This document shows positions 40,830-53,770 of a stretch of DNA of 64,000 bases, in pieces. Both the position numbers and the translations under genes were made by a program. Under the pieces are notes generated by a model that was given only the letters and a program-made list of their open reading frames with translations, ran no database searches and was not told the origin of the DNA. Position 1 is the stretch's first letter. The number at the start of each line of letters is the position of its first letter. The stretch spans positions 224,001 to 288,000 of the forward strand of contig CAVYZN010000011.1 in assembly GCA_963773065.1 (NCBI GenBank), written 5' to 3'. Origin of the DNA: an uncultured Gammaproteobacteria bacterium. GTDB taxonomy: Bacteria; Pseudomonadota; Gammaproteobacteria; UBA9214.

Positions 40830-43592
40830 AGAGAGCGGATCCGCTGTTGTTGTTCCTCCAGGCTGTTGATCGCATTCCTCAACTCGGCGGCCCGTGCCTG
40901 TTCTTTTTCTACGACCGCAGCCGGCGCTTTGTCAACAAAACAGGCATTTGAGAGTTTTTTCTCGCAGCGGTCCAGTTCACTAATCTTCTTGTTCCATTCT
41001 TTGAACAGCCTGACAAGCTCCGCCTCCTTGTCGATCAAACCGGAAAGGGGATGAGCAGTTTCATGTCACCCAGCAGGGCGGTGGCCGATTCCGGCACCGT
41101 GTCATCCGGCTTCCAGCCAGGCCACGGATTCAATGCGTCCCACCGTGACCAGGTAATGCCGGTTTCCTGACAGGCGTTCCCGGTCAATGGCTGAGCCATT
41201 CTGCAGCATCACAGGCAGAAGTTTACGCGGATCGATATTCATGCCGCTGCGGATCTTGCGTACGCCGATGATGAAGGCCTTAACCCACTCAATCTCTTCG
41301 ATGGCGTTCCGGTCGATCAGATGTTCCTCGGGTGAGGGGTAGGGCTGTTGCATGATGGTCTTGCCTGCAACTCCTGCCAATGGTGCCATCCGTTGCCAGA
41401 TTTCCTCCGTTATGAACGGTATTATGGGGTGAGCGAGTCGCAGCAGGGTTTCCATGACGATGACCAGCGTTCGGCGTGTGCCGCGCAGTGCCGCCTCGGG
41501 GCTGTCTGGGTCGGTCAGGACCGGTTTGGAGAGTTCCAGGTACCAGTCGCAGTATTCATCCCAGATGAATGAATAGATCGTCTGCGCCGCCAGGTCGAAG
41601 CGGTAATTGCCGATCGAGCCGACAACCTCGTGCACGGTGTTTTGCAGCAGGGAAATGATCCACCGGTCGGCGGCGTTCAGTTCGATCGCGTGGCCGCTCT
41701 GTCCGCAGTCCCGGCCTTCGGTGTTCATCAGGACATAGCGCGCGGCATTCCAGAGCTTGTTGCAGAAGTTCCGGTAGCCTTCTATCCGGCCCAGGTCGAA
41801 ATTGATATCGCGTCCCGTCGAAGCCAGCGCCGCAAAGGTAAAACGGAGTGCATCGGTCCCGAAAGCAGGGATGCCGTCCGGGAAATCCTTGCGCGTCTGT
41901 CTTTCGACCCTGTCCGCCATTTGCGGCTGCATAAGACCGGCGCGTCGCTTGGCAACCAGCATCTCCAGGTCTATGCCATCGATAAGGTCAAGCGGATCCA
42001 GTACATTGCCCTTGGACTTGGACATCTTCTGGCCGTGCGCATCACGCACCAGGCCATGGATGTAGACTTCCCGGAAAGGCACATCACCCATGAATTTCAG
42101 TCCCATCATGATCATGCGCGCGACCCAAAAGAAGATGATGTCGAAGCCGGTCACCAGCACGCTGGTCGGGTAGAACGTTCTCAGGGCGTCGGTCTCTTCC
42201 GGCCACCCCAAGGTGCTGAAGGGCCATAGCGCCGAGGAGAACCAGGTATCCAGTACGTCCTCATCCTGCCTGAGTGTGACGGCTTCCTTCAAGGCATGCC
42301 TGGTGCGCACCTCGGTTTCGGAACGACCAACATAGATGTTGCCGTCCGAATCATACCAGGCCGGTATGCGATGGCCCCACCAGATCTGGCGCGAGATGCA
42401 CCAGTCCTGGATGTTGCGCATCCATTCGTAATAGGTATTCTTCCAGTTATCGGGTATGAACCGGATGCGGCCATCCTCGACGGCCTTGATTGCGGGTTCC
42501 GCCAGAGGTGCGATCTTCACGAACCACTGGTCGGTCAGATAGGGCTCCACCACGGACCCTGAACGATCACCGCGCGGGACCATCAGCCGGTGATCCTCAA
42601 TCTTTTCGAGCAGACCAGCGCTTTCAAGATCGGCCACGATCCGCTGGCGCGCGGCATAACGTTCCAGGCCCTGATATTTCTCCGGCGCATTCTCATTGAT
42701 GCAGGCATCCACCGTGAGGATGTTGATCATGGGCAGGCCATGACGCTTGCCGACCTCGTAGTCATTGAAATCGTGTGCCGGCGTTATCTTCACACAACCG
42801 GTACCGAACTCCGGGTCGACATATTCATCGGCAATGATCGGAATCTCACGATCTGCGAGTGGCAGGTGAACGGTTTTCCCTACCAGATGGCGGTAACGAG
42901 CGTCTTCGGGGTGCACGGCTACAGCCGTGTCGCCCAGCATGGTTTCCGGCCGTGTCGTTGCGACTATCAGGTGACCGGAGCCATCGGTCGATCGGATAGC
43001 GCATATGCCACAGGTGACCGGCCTCTTCCCCGGAGATGACTTCGAGGTCCGAGACAGCGGTATGCAGGATCGGGTCCCAGTTTACCAGTCGCTGGCCGCG
43101 GTAGATCAAGCCCTCTTCATACAGGCGCACAAAGGTTTCCTTCACGGCACTGGACAGACCCTTATCCATGGTGAAGCGCTCGCGGCTCCAGTCCACCGAG
43201 GAGCCCATGCGACGCAGCTGTTGCGTGATCGTGCCGCCGGATTTGTGCTTCCACTCCCAGATGCGTTCGATAAAGGCCTCGCGCCCGAGATCATGGCGGG
43301 TTTTGTTGTCGATGTTGAGCTGGCGCTCCACCACCATCTGCGTGGCAATCCCGGCATGGTCGGTGCCGGGTTGCCATAGCGTGTTGTCGCCGCGCATGCG
43401 GTGATAGCGGGTGAGGGCGTCCATCAGCGTGTCCTGGAACGCGTGTCCCATGTGCAGGCTACCGGTGACGTTGGGTGGCGGGATCATGATGCAGTAGGGT
43501 TCGCCCTTCCCGGAGGGCGTAAAACAGCCTTCCTTTTCCCAGGTATCGTACCAGCGCTGCTCGATGGCTTGCGGGTTGTAGGTTTTATCCAT
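40826..43592 (-). CDS. valS: valine--tRNA ligase (apparent indels near 42.98 and 41.04-41.10 kb)
   Basis: [41 protein letters not shown]-terminal coiled coil. Confidence 0.97.
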
Positions 43593-43671
43593 CTCAAATT
43601 CTTGCATGAAACACGGCCGCCGATGGCCAGAGCAGGGAATTATACCTTACGTCGCGTGATGGCCGAGGAGC

Positions 43672-44049
43672 TTACCCATTCCCTGGGTTGGTTTCCTCCA
43701 GGATGCGGGCGAGGATATCCGGGATCACGGATTCGAGCTGCTGTCGAATTTCGTCATAGGCGTTATTGCCAGCCTCATCCATGGCCTTGGTGATGGCCTG
43801 TTCGATGACGGGGCGTATGGAACGGTCAATGTGCTGGTAGATATCCAGCGACAATTCCGCGGCGAACTCATCCAGTGCCTTTCGCAAGGTCTGATTGCTC
43901 AGCAACTGCCGGGCAATGGATTCAACCGGCATGCCGGGCAACCGCGTGTCGGGGTACTGCTTATTAACGCTCCCGGTGTCCGGATGGACAACGTTGCTAA
44001 GGATTGGAATGCCCTCCTCGTCAACAACCAGTTCATCGTGTGATCTCAT
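43672..44049 (-). CDS. hypothetical protein between holC and valS
   Basis: N-terminal DEEGIPILSNVV motif and helical C-terminus; co-oriented in the operon. Confidence 0.65.
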   Translation of the reverse strand: MRSHDELVVDEEGIPILSNVVHPDTGSVNKQYPDTRLPGMPVESIARQLLSNQTLRKALDEFAAELSLDIYQHIDRSIRPVIEQAITKAMDEAGNNAYDEIRQQLESVIPDILARILEETNPGNG

Positions 44050-44053
44050 CAGC

Positions 44054-44483
44054 TTAACTGATCTCGTGAGTGTTCAATGTGTAACCACGGTCCTTGTAGA
44101 AACGATACCGCTCCCGCGCTTCGGCCCGCTGTGTGTCGTTGCCACCGACGAGATCGGCCACCCGATTAAAACGGCTAAAAAAGGGCGGGACTTCGCTCGA
44201 CAGGTTGATCAGTACATCATGGCTGTCCTGCGGTTCCCTGTTGTGACCCAGCAGGATGGGCTGTTCCCCGCGATCTTCTCCATTATCATACAGCGTGCGG
44301 CAGAAAACTTCCGGCCCGGAATGACCACAGCAGATCATCCAGTTGCAACAGTTGCGTGGCCGATTCTGTGTTGATATAGACCCGATGACCCTGTTGAAAT
44401 GCTTTTTCCGTCAGCCGGCAGGCAAACAGCGGACGCGCGGTTTCCCCTGTGTCCTTGAGAATGTAGAAATCGACACGGGTCAT
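44054..44483 (-). CDS. holC: DNA polymerase III subunit chi (apparent indel)
   Basis: MTRVDFYIL...ACRLTEKA...LDDLLWSF...SFLPH, then LINL...FSRF.RV..ARERYRFYK..GY. Confidence 0.93.
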
Positions 44484-44495
44484 CGCCGGGTGTCG

Positions 44496-45994
<1,499 letters not shown>

Positions 45995-46131
45995 GCCATG
46001 CTCCTGTTGTGTGGTAGTCATTGCAGTCAGCGCGTCTGGTGGTATACGGTAGCCGCGTTCGAACCGTTGTCAGGAAAAGCGCAAAGTGTACTGGAAGCAG
46101 GCATGATTTTCATGCATCAGACTATCCCCCC

Positions 46132-47230
46132 ATGTTAAGAATCATCGATCGCTACCTGCTCAGGGAAATCCTGCTTGGCTGGCTTGCGATCACGCTGGTT
46201 TTGTTACTGATCATGATCAGCCACCGCATGGTGGGCTACCTGGCGCAGGCGGCAACCGGTGAATTGCCGGGTGATGTGATTTTTGTCCTGATGGGAGTGA
46301 AAACGCTCTGGCTGCTCGTGTATGTCATGCCGTTTTCACTTGCGTTGGGTGTGGTTTCAGGGTTGGGCAGGCTTTACCGTGACAATGAAATGACGGTGCT
46401 GGCTGCCTGTGGGGTTGGTCCGGGGCGCCTTTACCCCCCCTTGCTGGGCATGGCGGCCGTGGTAGCCATGTTGCTGGGCTGGATGGCACTCTATTTCAGT
46501 CCCGGGGTCGTGGCCTACGGTGAACGGATCACGCAGCGTGCGGAGCAGCAGGCCGATATCTCGCTGCTTGGCGCCGGCCGCTTCAACGTGCTACACGGCG
46601 GCCAGATCATCTTTTATGCCGAAAGGCTGTCGGAAGACAAACAGCGCATGGAGAACCTGTTCGTTTATGTCTACGACAGAAAGAACCGGGATAAACCGCC
46701 GCAGGTGATCTCGGCCGCCAGCGCCTATCGCATGACGGACAGGAACAGCGGCGATGAATACCTGGTGTTCGTTGACGGTTACCGTTATGAAGGCAGACCG
46801 GGCGAGGTCGGCTACCGGATTATGAAGTTTGACCGGCAGGGCGTGCGCGTTGAATTTCCCGGCGAGGAACCTGCGTCCTCCAAGCGCAGCGCGATCCCGA
46901 CGGCCGACCTGCTGGAATCGACATGACCTGAAGGAGATAGTCGAGTTGCAGTGGCGCCTGTCCGTTCCGCTGTCGGTCATGGTGTTGGTGTTTCTTTCCG
47001 TCCCGTTGAGTCGAATGTCGCCCCGCAAGGGACGTTATGGGGGCCTGGTCATGCCGGTCCTGGTGTTCGTGATCTATTTCAACCTGATGGGGACCGCCAA
47101 GGCCTGGGTTGAACAGGGCGCCATTCCCCCCGTGATCGGGATCTGGTGGGTGCATCTGCTGCCCATCGTACTGGCGATTGCGCTGCTCACTGGCGGCCGT
47201 GTGGGCTGTCGCCTGCGGCGCCGGTTATGA
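46132..47230 (+). CDS. lptF: LPS export permease LptF (apparent indel ~46.92 kb)
   Basis: IIDRYLLRE, LGRLYRDNEM..L.ACG, ELQWRLS.P, PRKGRY; divergent from pepA. Confidence 0.93.
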
Positions 47231-48288
47231 AACTGCTCGACCGCTACATCGCGGGCGCCGTGGCGACGGGAACCGGCATAGCCCTGCTGGTCATCATGGG
47301 GCTCAATGTGTTTTTCTCCATCATCGAGGAAATCGATGAACTCAACGAGGGCAGTTACAGCATCGCCAAGATGCTGCAGTATGTCGCCCTTACCCTGCCG
47401 CGGGGTATCTACGAGCTGTTTCCCACGGCGGCACTGATCGGTGGCTTGACGGGCATGGGCGCGCTCGCGGTGAATAGTGAACTGGTCGCGATGCGTGCCA
47501 GTGGATTGTCGGTATGGCGCATCGTGCGATCCGTCCTGCAGGCAGGTCTGGTGCTGCTGGTGTTTGTCGTCGCCCTGGGTGAGGGGGTCGCCCCAGTTGC
47601 CGAGCAATACGCCCAGCGCTTGCGTGCCGGTGCGTTGGAAAAACGCGTCAGTTTCATGGGCCAGGAAGGCGTCTGGGTGCGTGATGAATCGCGCTACATC
47701 CATGTCAACAAGATATTCGATAATGACATCCTGGCCGATGTCAGTGTCTTTGAGTTTGACAGAGACCGGCAAATGACGACGACGACACATGCCGATACGG
47801 TTTCCTATCAGGGAGGGAAATGGGTATTGCACAACATGCGCCAGACCCTGTTCGCGGGGGACAGCGCCAAGGCCCGAGTTGAGGAGACCTTCACCATGCC
47901 AGCCCTGTTGACACCCGAACTGATCAATGTCGTCGTGCTCAAGCCGGAAAACATGTCGGTGCAGGATATCCGGCAGTTTCTGGGCTACCTGGAAACCAAT
48001 GGGCTGGAAACGCAACAGTACCGTTATGCCCTGTACATCCGTTTCGTAACGCCGGTTTCCGTGTTGCTCATGCTGTTTATCTCCGTGCCATTTGTGTTCG
48101 GGTCATTGCGCTCGACGGGAACGGGACAGCGCTTTATTGTCGGTATCATGGCCGGATTCGGCTTCTACCTGGTCAACCAGATGGCCGGCCAGGCGGGGCA
48201 GGTCTATGGCTGGAATCCCCTGCTGGTCAGCGTCGTCCCCGGTCTGGCCGTATTGCTGGCGGGCATCCATGCGCTGCGGCGAATATAA
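47227..48288 (+). CDS. lptG: LPS export permease LptG
   Basis: LLDRYI, LA.NSELVAMRASG, GVWVRD, PFVFGSLRS. Confidence 0.95.
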   Translation: MKLLDRYIAGAVATGTGIALLVIMGLNVFFSIIEEIDELNEGSYSIAKMLQYVALTLPRGIYELFPTAALIGGLTGMGALAVNSELVAMRASGLSVWRIVRSVLQAGLVLLVFVVALGEGVAPVAEQYAQRLRAGALEKRVSFMGQEGVWVRDESRYIHVNKIFDNDILADVSVFEFDRDRQMTTTTHADTVSYQGGKWVLHNMRQTLFAGDSAKARVEETFTMPALLTPELINVVVLKPENMSVQDIRQFLGYLETNGLETQQYRYALYIRFVTPVSVLLMLFISVPFVFGSLRSTGTGQRFIVGIMAGFGFYLVNQMAGQAGQVYGWNPLLVSVVPGLAVLLAGIHALRRI

Positions 48289-48348
48289 ATCCGGGTGTTT
48301 ACCGTGATAGCAGGTCAATTCCCCTTGCCGGCGCCGGTGGCGGCACGC

Positions 48349-48783
48349 CTATTTCGTCAGCCGCACGATGACCGATTCCGAAATCCGGTCATGCAGCGCC
48401 ATACGGTTCTTGTCTACCAGGATCCAGAGGTAACCCAGGCCGAGCAATGCCCATGACGGTATCGCGGCAAGGAAACGCAGAAGTGCCTGCCACAGGGTGA
48501 TGGGTCGGCCATCGAGTCGCTGTACGCGCAACCGCCAGGCCCGCATGCCCAGCGTTTGACCACCATGCGTCCAGAACCAGGCATAGAAGAAAAAACAGAC
48601 GAAAAAGAGATAGGTACGGAATAGGGGATGGTGATAATCCAGCGTCCCCCGGGTTACCAGCAGGGCCAGTGCGGTGGCGAACAGCAGCAGCGATAACAGC
48701 AGGAGCATGTCATAGAGCATTGCCATCAGCCGGCGAAACAGCCCGGCAGGTTCGTAGGCGGGCTTGTCTGCGGATTTCTTCAT
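48349..48783 (-). CDS. RDD-family membrane protein
   Basis: AGLFRRL.A..YD, GQTLGM.AW, LHDRIS. Confidence 0.9.
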   Translation of the reverse strand: MKKSADKPAYEPAGLFRRLMAMLYDMLLLLSLLLFATALALLVTRGTLDYHHPLFRTYLFFVCFFFYAWFWTHGGQTLGMRAWRLRVQRLDGRPITLWQALLRFLAAIPSWALLGLGYLWILVDKNRMALHDRISESVIVRLTK

Positions 48784-48967
48784 GGTATTTCGTGCTACAG
48801 GCATTGAAAATCCCCGACCCGGGTGGCATAAGAGGTGGCAGGGGACAGGGCGCGCTGGCGGACCTTCTGCGGTAACGTGCGTCCGTTGGTGGCTGTACAC
48901 TCCCCGCACGACACACTGAATTCCCGGGCGCACAGCGCCGGCGACAGCTTTCCCGTTTCGGGTGAGA

Positions 48968-49042
48968 TGGCGCTCCCTAGGGGATTCGAACCCCTGTTAC
49001 CGGCGTGAGAGGCCAGCGTCCTAACCACTAGACGAAGGGAGC
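48968..49042 (-). tRNA. tRNA-Glu (anticodon CUC)
   Basis: gctcccttcgtctagtggttaggacgctggcctCTCacgccggtaacaggggttcgaatcccctagggagcgcca: acceptor stem, D loop, TTCGAAT, encoded CCA. Confidence 0.95.
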
Positions 49043-49117
49043 CTACCGGGCAAGCGCCCATGCAGCATAAAGCGGTGGTATTATACGCCCAACCACTTCA
49101 TTCACAAGCGAAGCTCC

Positions 49118-50446
49118 GTGAGCATCACGAGAAGTATCGACACATCCACCGAACCCACCATCATCAGCCGGTCAGAGCATCCGATTTCCCGGGCAAGCAT
49201 CAGTCCCAATGCCCTCAAGGTGTTGTACCGTCTGAAGGACGCCGGTTTTCAGGGGCACCTGGTCGGCGGGGGGGTGCGCGACCTGTTGCTGGGGCGTGAG
49301 CCCAAGGACTTCGATATCGCAACCGATGCGCATCCCGACGACGTGCGGCGCCTATTCGGTAATTGCCGCCTGATCGGCCGGCGTTTCCGCCTGGCGCACG
49401 TCTTGTTCGGGCACGAGGTCATCGAGGTGGCCACCTTCCGTGCCCTGCATGAGGGGAATGAGGAAGTTAGCAGCGCCCGCCATGTCGATGACGAGGGTCG
49501 TATCGTGCGCGACAACGTCTATGGCACCATCGAGGAAGACGCCTTTCGTCGCGATTTCACCGTCAATGCCCTGTACTACAACATCGCCGACTTCACGGTT
49601 ATCGATTATGCCGGTGGCATGGCCGACCTCAAGGCCGGCATGCTGCGCCTGATCGGTGATCCCGAGACCCGATTCCGGGAAGATCCCGTGCGCATGCTGC
49701 GTGCCGTGCGCTTTGCCACCAAACTGGGTTTTCGTATCCACCCCGAAACCGAGCGGCCCATCAAGGACCTCGCGCCGCTGCTGGGCGATATCCCCCCGGC
49801 GCGCCTGTTCGATGAAATGCTCAAGCTGTTCATGGGGGGTAGCGCGCTGGCTAATTTCGAGGCCCTGCGTCACTACGATCTGTTTGGCCAGTTGTTCCCG
49901 CTGACGGAGCAGAGCCTGACCCATGAGCAGGAGCATTTTCCGCTGACGCTGATCAGCCGTGGGATGGAGAACACCGACCAGCGCATCCAGCAGGACAAGC
50001 CGGTCACTCCGGCCTTCCTCTTCGCCATATTCCTCTGGCAGCCGGTGCGCGAACGTGCCGCCCGGCTGCAGGCCGAGGGTTTGCATCCGGCCCAGGCCAC
50101 GCAGCACGCCAGTTCCCAGATCATCGCGGAACAGGGTGCTGTGATGGCCATACCGCGTCGCTACTCGCTGTCCATGCGCGAGATCTGGATGTTGCAGATG
50201 CGGTTGGAGCTTGCCGGTGGCCGGCGCAGCCAGCGGGTGCTGAGTCATCCCCGGTTCCGCGCGGCCTATGATTTTCTGCTGTTGCGCGGCGAGGCCGGCG
50301 AAGTCTCTCGGGAACTGTGCCAATGGTGGACCGGCTTCCAGGAGACGCACCCGCAGCCGCGTGAAAAGGAAGCTCCCAGAACGGCGCCGCGTAAACGCCG
50401 GCGTCGTGGCCGGACGCGGAGCGCTCGCGGGGGAGATGAAACGTGA
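49118..50446 (+). CDS. pcnB: poly(A) polymerase I
   Basis: LVGGGVRDLLLG..PKDFD, LIGRRFRLAH, RRDFTVNAL, EDPVRMLRA, RFRAAYDFL, basic tail. Confidence 0.96.
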   Translation: MSITRSIDTSTEPTIISRSEHPISRASISPNALKVLYRLKDAGFQGHLVGGGVRDLLLGREPKDFDIATDAHPDDVRRLFGNCRLIGRRFRLAHVLFGHEVIEVATFRALHEGNEEVSSARHVDDEGRIVRDNVYGTIEEDAFRRDFTVNALYYNIADFTVIDYAGGMADLKAGMLRLIGDPETRFREDPVRMLRAVRFATKLGFRIHPETERPIKDLAPLLGDIPPARLFDEMLKLFMGGSALANFEALRHYDLFGQLFPLTEQSLTHEQEHFPLTLISRGMENTDQRIQQDKPVTPAFLFAIFLWQPVRERAARLQAEGLHPAQATQHASSQIIAEQGAVMAIPRRYSLSMREIWMLQMRLELAGGRRSQRVLSHPRFRAAYDFLLLRGEAGEVSRELCQWWTGFQETHPQPREKEAPRTAPRKRRRRGRTRSARGGDET

Positions 50447-50935
50447 GGCAACTGGCTTATATAGGCATAGGCAGCAACCTAGGCAATCCGATGGCGCAGG
50501 TGCAGCAGGCCTTTGCGGAACTCGACGCGATACCCCATTCCTTTGTGATTGCCCGCTCCTGCCTCTACGGCAGCAAACCGATGGGTCCGGCCGGGCAGCC
50601 GGACTATGTCAACGCCGTGGCTGCCATGGATACGCTGCTCGCACCGCAGGATTTGTTGCAGGCACTGCAGAAAATCGAACGGCGGCATGGCCGCGAACGC
50701 ACGGGAGAGAAATGGGGTCCGCGAATTCTGGATCTGGACCTGTTGCTTTATGGCGGGGAGAATGATCACTACCGCGGATCTGACGGTTCCCCACCCCGGC
50801 TTGCCTGAACGCGATTTTGTCCTCATTCCCCTGGAGGAGATCGCCGGCGATATCACCATCCCCGGGCGTGGCGCAGTGAGCTCGCTCATCTCCCGGTGTG
50901 AGAACCATGCACTGAGAAAGCTGGCTGCCGATTAA
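50443..50935 (+). CDS. folK: HPPK (apparent indel ~50.76 kb)
   Basis: AYIGIGSNL, QPDYVNAV, WGPRILDLDLL, then LTVPHP...RDFVL.PL. Confidence 0.95.
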
Positions 50936-51585
50936 TGGATCAGCATCGTCCCGGCTATATCGTCGTCGAAGGGCCGATCGGGGTCGGCAAGACCAGCCTG
51001 GCGCGACGGCTGGCCAGGACCTTCGAGTCCGACCTGTTGCTCGAGGGTGCCGGCGAAAATCCATTCCTGGAGCGTTTTTATCAGGATCCGCGTTCCGGCG
51101 CCCTGCCTGCCCAGTTGTTTTTCCTGTTTCAGCGCACGCGCCAGATCCAGGACATGCGCCAGGCCGACATGTTCCAGCCGGTGCGCGTCGCCGACTTTCT
51201 CATGGAGAAGGACCGCCTGTTTGCCGAGCTGACGCTGGACGCCGAAGAGCTGAAGCTTTACGAACAGGTCTACAGCCACCTCAGGGTGGATGCGCCGGTT
51301 CCCGACCTGGTCATTTACTTGCAGGCGCCGGTAGACGTGCTGCTCAAGCGGATCGCCAGACGCGGAATCAGCTATGAACGCCGGATCGATGCCGCTTACC
51401 TGCGCCGTCTCTCCGAGGCCTATGCCCGCCTGTTTCTCTACTACGAGGCCGCTCCGCTCCTGATCGTGAATGCGGCGCATATCGATCTGGTCGACAATGA
51501 CGAGGACTACCTGGCGCTGGTCGAACGGATCCATGCCTCCAGGAGCGGGCGGCATTACTTCAATCCCTCATTGGCGACGATCTGA
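50935..51585 (+). CDS. deoxynucleoside kinase
   Basis: VEGPIGVGKTSLA, NPFLERFY, PDLVIYL, RI..RG..YE. Confidence 0.9.
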   Translation: MDQHRPGYIVVEGPIGVGKTSLARRLARTFESDLLLEGAGENPFLERFYQDPRSGALPAQLFFLFQRTRQIQDMRQADMFQPVRVADFLMEKDRLFAELTLDAEELKLYEQVYSHLRVDAPVPDLVIYLQAPVDVLLKRIARRGISYERRIDAAYLRRLSEAYARLFLYYEAAPLLIVNAAHIDLVDNDEDYLALVERIHASRSGRHYFNPSLATI

Positions 51586-51593
51586 GCAGCGTC

Positions 51594-52406
51594 ATGGGCG
51601 CCGAAACCACTCCCTCGCCGGTCAGCCTTGCCACCTTGCAGCGCATGAAGGCGCAGGGCGAGAAGATCGCCTGCCTGACCTGTTATGACGCGAGCTTCAC
51701 GCGGGTGCTCGAGGGCGCCGGGGTCGATCTGTTCATCGTCGGCGACTCGCTCGGCATGGTGCTCAAGGGTCACGAATCCACCGTGGCGGTGACCATGGCC
51801 GATATGATCTATCACGCCGCCAACGTGGCGCGTTGCGGGCGGCATGCCCTGCGGGTGGTGGACCTGCCCTTCATGAGTTACGCCAGCCGCGACCAGGCGC
51901 TGGGCAATGCGGCGCGCCTGATGCGCGAGGGCGGTGCGCACATGGTCAAGCTGGAAGGCGGCACGGCGATGGCCGGTATTGTGGAACACCTGGTCCGCCA
52001 CGCCATTCCGGTCTGCGGACACATCGGTCTCCTGCCCCAGTCGGTGCACAAGCTGGGCGGCTACCGGGTACAGGGCCGCGATGAGGCGGGCGCCGCCGCC
52101 GTGCTCGCCGACGCCAGGGCGCTGGAGGCCGCCGGGGCGGACCTGCTGGTGCTCGAGTGCATCCCGGCCGAACTGGCCGCGCGGGTGACTGCCGCGGTAA
52201 ACATTCCCACTATCGGGATCGGCGCCGGCCCGTCCTGCGACGGGCAGGTGCTTGTGCTCTACGACATGCTCGGCATCACCCCGAGCCGACGCCCGAAATT
52301 CGTCAAGGACTTTCTCGCGGAGGCCGGCAGCGTGCCCGCGGCCATCGCCGCCTATATCAGGGCTGTCAGGGACGGCAGCTTCCCCGGTCCCGAACACTGT
52401 TTCTGA
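51594..52406 (+). CDS. panB: ketopantoate hydroxymethyltransferase
   Basis: LT.YD, VGDSLGM, DLPFMSY, VKLEGG, GHIGLLPQ, IGIGAG..CDGQVLV. Confidence 0.97.
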   Translation: MGAETTPSPVSLATLQRMKAQGEKIACLTCYDASFTRVLEGAGVDLFIVGDSLGMVLKGHESTVAVTMADMIYHAANVARCGRHALRVVDLPFMSYASRDQALGNAARLMREGGAHMVKLEGGTAMAGIVEHLVRHAIPVCGHIGLLPQSVHKLGGYRVQGRDEAGAAAVLADARALEAAGADLLVLECIPAELAARVTAAVNIPTIGIGAGPSCDGQVLVLYDMLGITPSRRPKFVKDFLAEAGSVPAAIAAYIRAVRDGSFPGPEHCF

Positions 52407-52415
52407 AGTAATACC

Positions 52416-53253
52416 ATGGATATCGTCGCTTCCACGACTGATTTGCGTGCACACGTGCGCGCCTGGCGGGCGCAGCAGGATCGCATCGCCTTTGTTCCTA
52501 CCATGGGCAATCTCCATGCCGGCCACCTGAAGCTGGTTCGCCATGCGCGCAGCATCGCCGGACGCGTCGTGGTCAGCATCTTCGTCAACCCGATGCAGTT
52601 TGGCCCCGGCGAGGATTACGACAGCTATCCACGCACCCTGGCGGACGACACGGCGGCATTGATGCGGGCGGACGCGGACCTGTTGTTTGTTCCGGCTGTC
52701 AGTGAAATTTATCCGGGCGACCTGGATAACACCACGCGTGTCGTGGTGCCGGGCCTCGGCGAGATCCTGTGCGGTGCGTTCCGCCCGGGGTTCTTCACCG
52801 GTGTCGCCACGGTCGTGACCCGCCTGCTCAATCTGGTGCAGCCGGATATTGCCGTGTTCGGCGAGAAGGACTACCAGCAGCTCATCGTTATCCGGCGCAT
52901 GGTCAGGGAATTGTGCCTGCCGGTGAGCATCGAGGGAGTTGCGACCGCGCGCGAGGCGGACGGACTGGCCATGAGTTCGCGCAATGGCTATCTGAACCGC
53001 GACCGAGCGCGTCACCGCCGCCATTCTGTATCGGACCCTCACGCAGGTGAAGGCGGCAGTCGAGGGCGGGGCGTCCGACTATGCCGCCATCGAACACGCG
53101 GCCATGGACAGATTGACCCGGGCGGGCTTCAGGCCGGACTATGTCGGCATTCGGCGCGCGGCCGATCTGGGCGAGCCCGCCGTGGGCGACACACGCGCTG
53201 CGGGTCCTGGCGGCCGCCTGGCTGGGACCGGCACGCTTGATCGACAACCTTGA
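52416..53253 (+). CDS. panC: pantoate--beta-alanine ligase (apparent indels in the 3' part)
   Basis: [47 protein letters not shown]. Confidence 0.96.
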
Positions 53254-53370
53254 GATAACAGTTCCTTAGCCTGACTTGTTAACAGGGGCGTAAGTACGGT
53301 TTCTTGAACTCTCATGCGCAAGGCTGGATAATTCATCACGATTACAGTTCTGGAAAGGAACCACCGCGGT

Positions 53371-53751
53371 ATGCAAATCACCCTGCTGAAATCAAAGCTG
53401 CATCACGCCCGGGTCACGCATTCGGAGCTCGAATATGAGGGTTCCTGCGCCATCGACGGCCGCCTGCTGGAAGCGGCGAACATTCGCGAATATGAACAGA
53501 TCCAGATCTACAATCTGGCTAATGGCGAACGTTTCACCACCTACGCGATCCGCGCGCAGGATGACAGCGGCATCATCTCCATCAACGGCGCGGCCGCGCA
53601 CAAGGCCAAGCCAGGCGACCGGGTTATTATCTGCACCTATGCCGTGCTGTCCCAGCAGGAGGCCGCCGCCTTCAAGCCCACCCTGATCTACCTCGACGCA
53701 CATAACCGCATCAAGGGCATGCGCCACGCCATACCCGTGCAGGTCGCCTGA
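53371..53751 (+). CDS. panD: aspartate 1-decarboxylase
   Basis: LKSKLH.A.VT, YEGS (self-cleavage site), [13 protein letters not shown]. Confidence 0.97.
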   Translation: MQITLLKSKLHHARVTHSELEYEGSCAIDGRLLEAANIREYEQIQIYNLANGERFTTYAIRAQDDSGIISINGAAAHKAKPGDRVIICTYAVLSQQEAAAFKPTLIYLDAHNRIKGMRHAIPVQVA

Positions 53752-53770
53752 GGCATTACCGGGTCCACGG

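Noticed and set aside
48968-49042. tRNA-Glu as the integration site of the island
   Set aside because: Flanked by core genes on both sides; no duplicated tRNA 3' end or tyrosine integrase seen in the window.
51555-53042. 495-aa minus-strand ORF, and similar long antisense ORFs at 18304-19710, 21257-22432 and 49352-50350
   Set aside because: They overlap well-supported genes on the opposite strand and are expected from GC3 bias.
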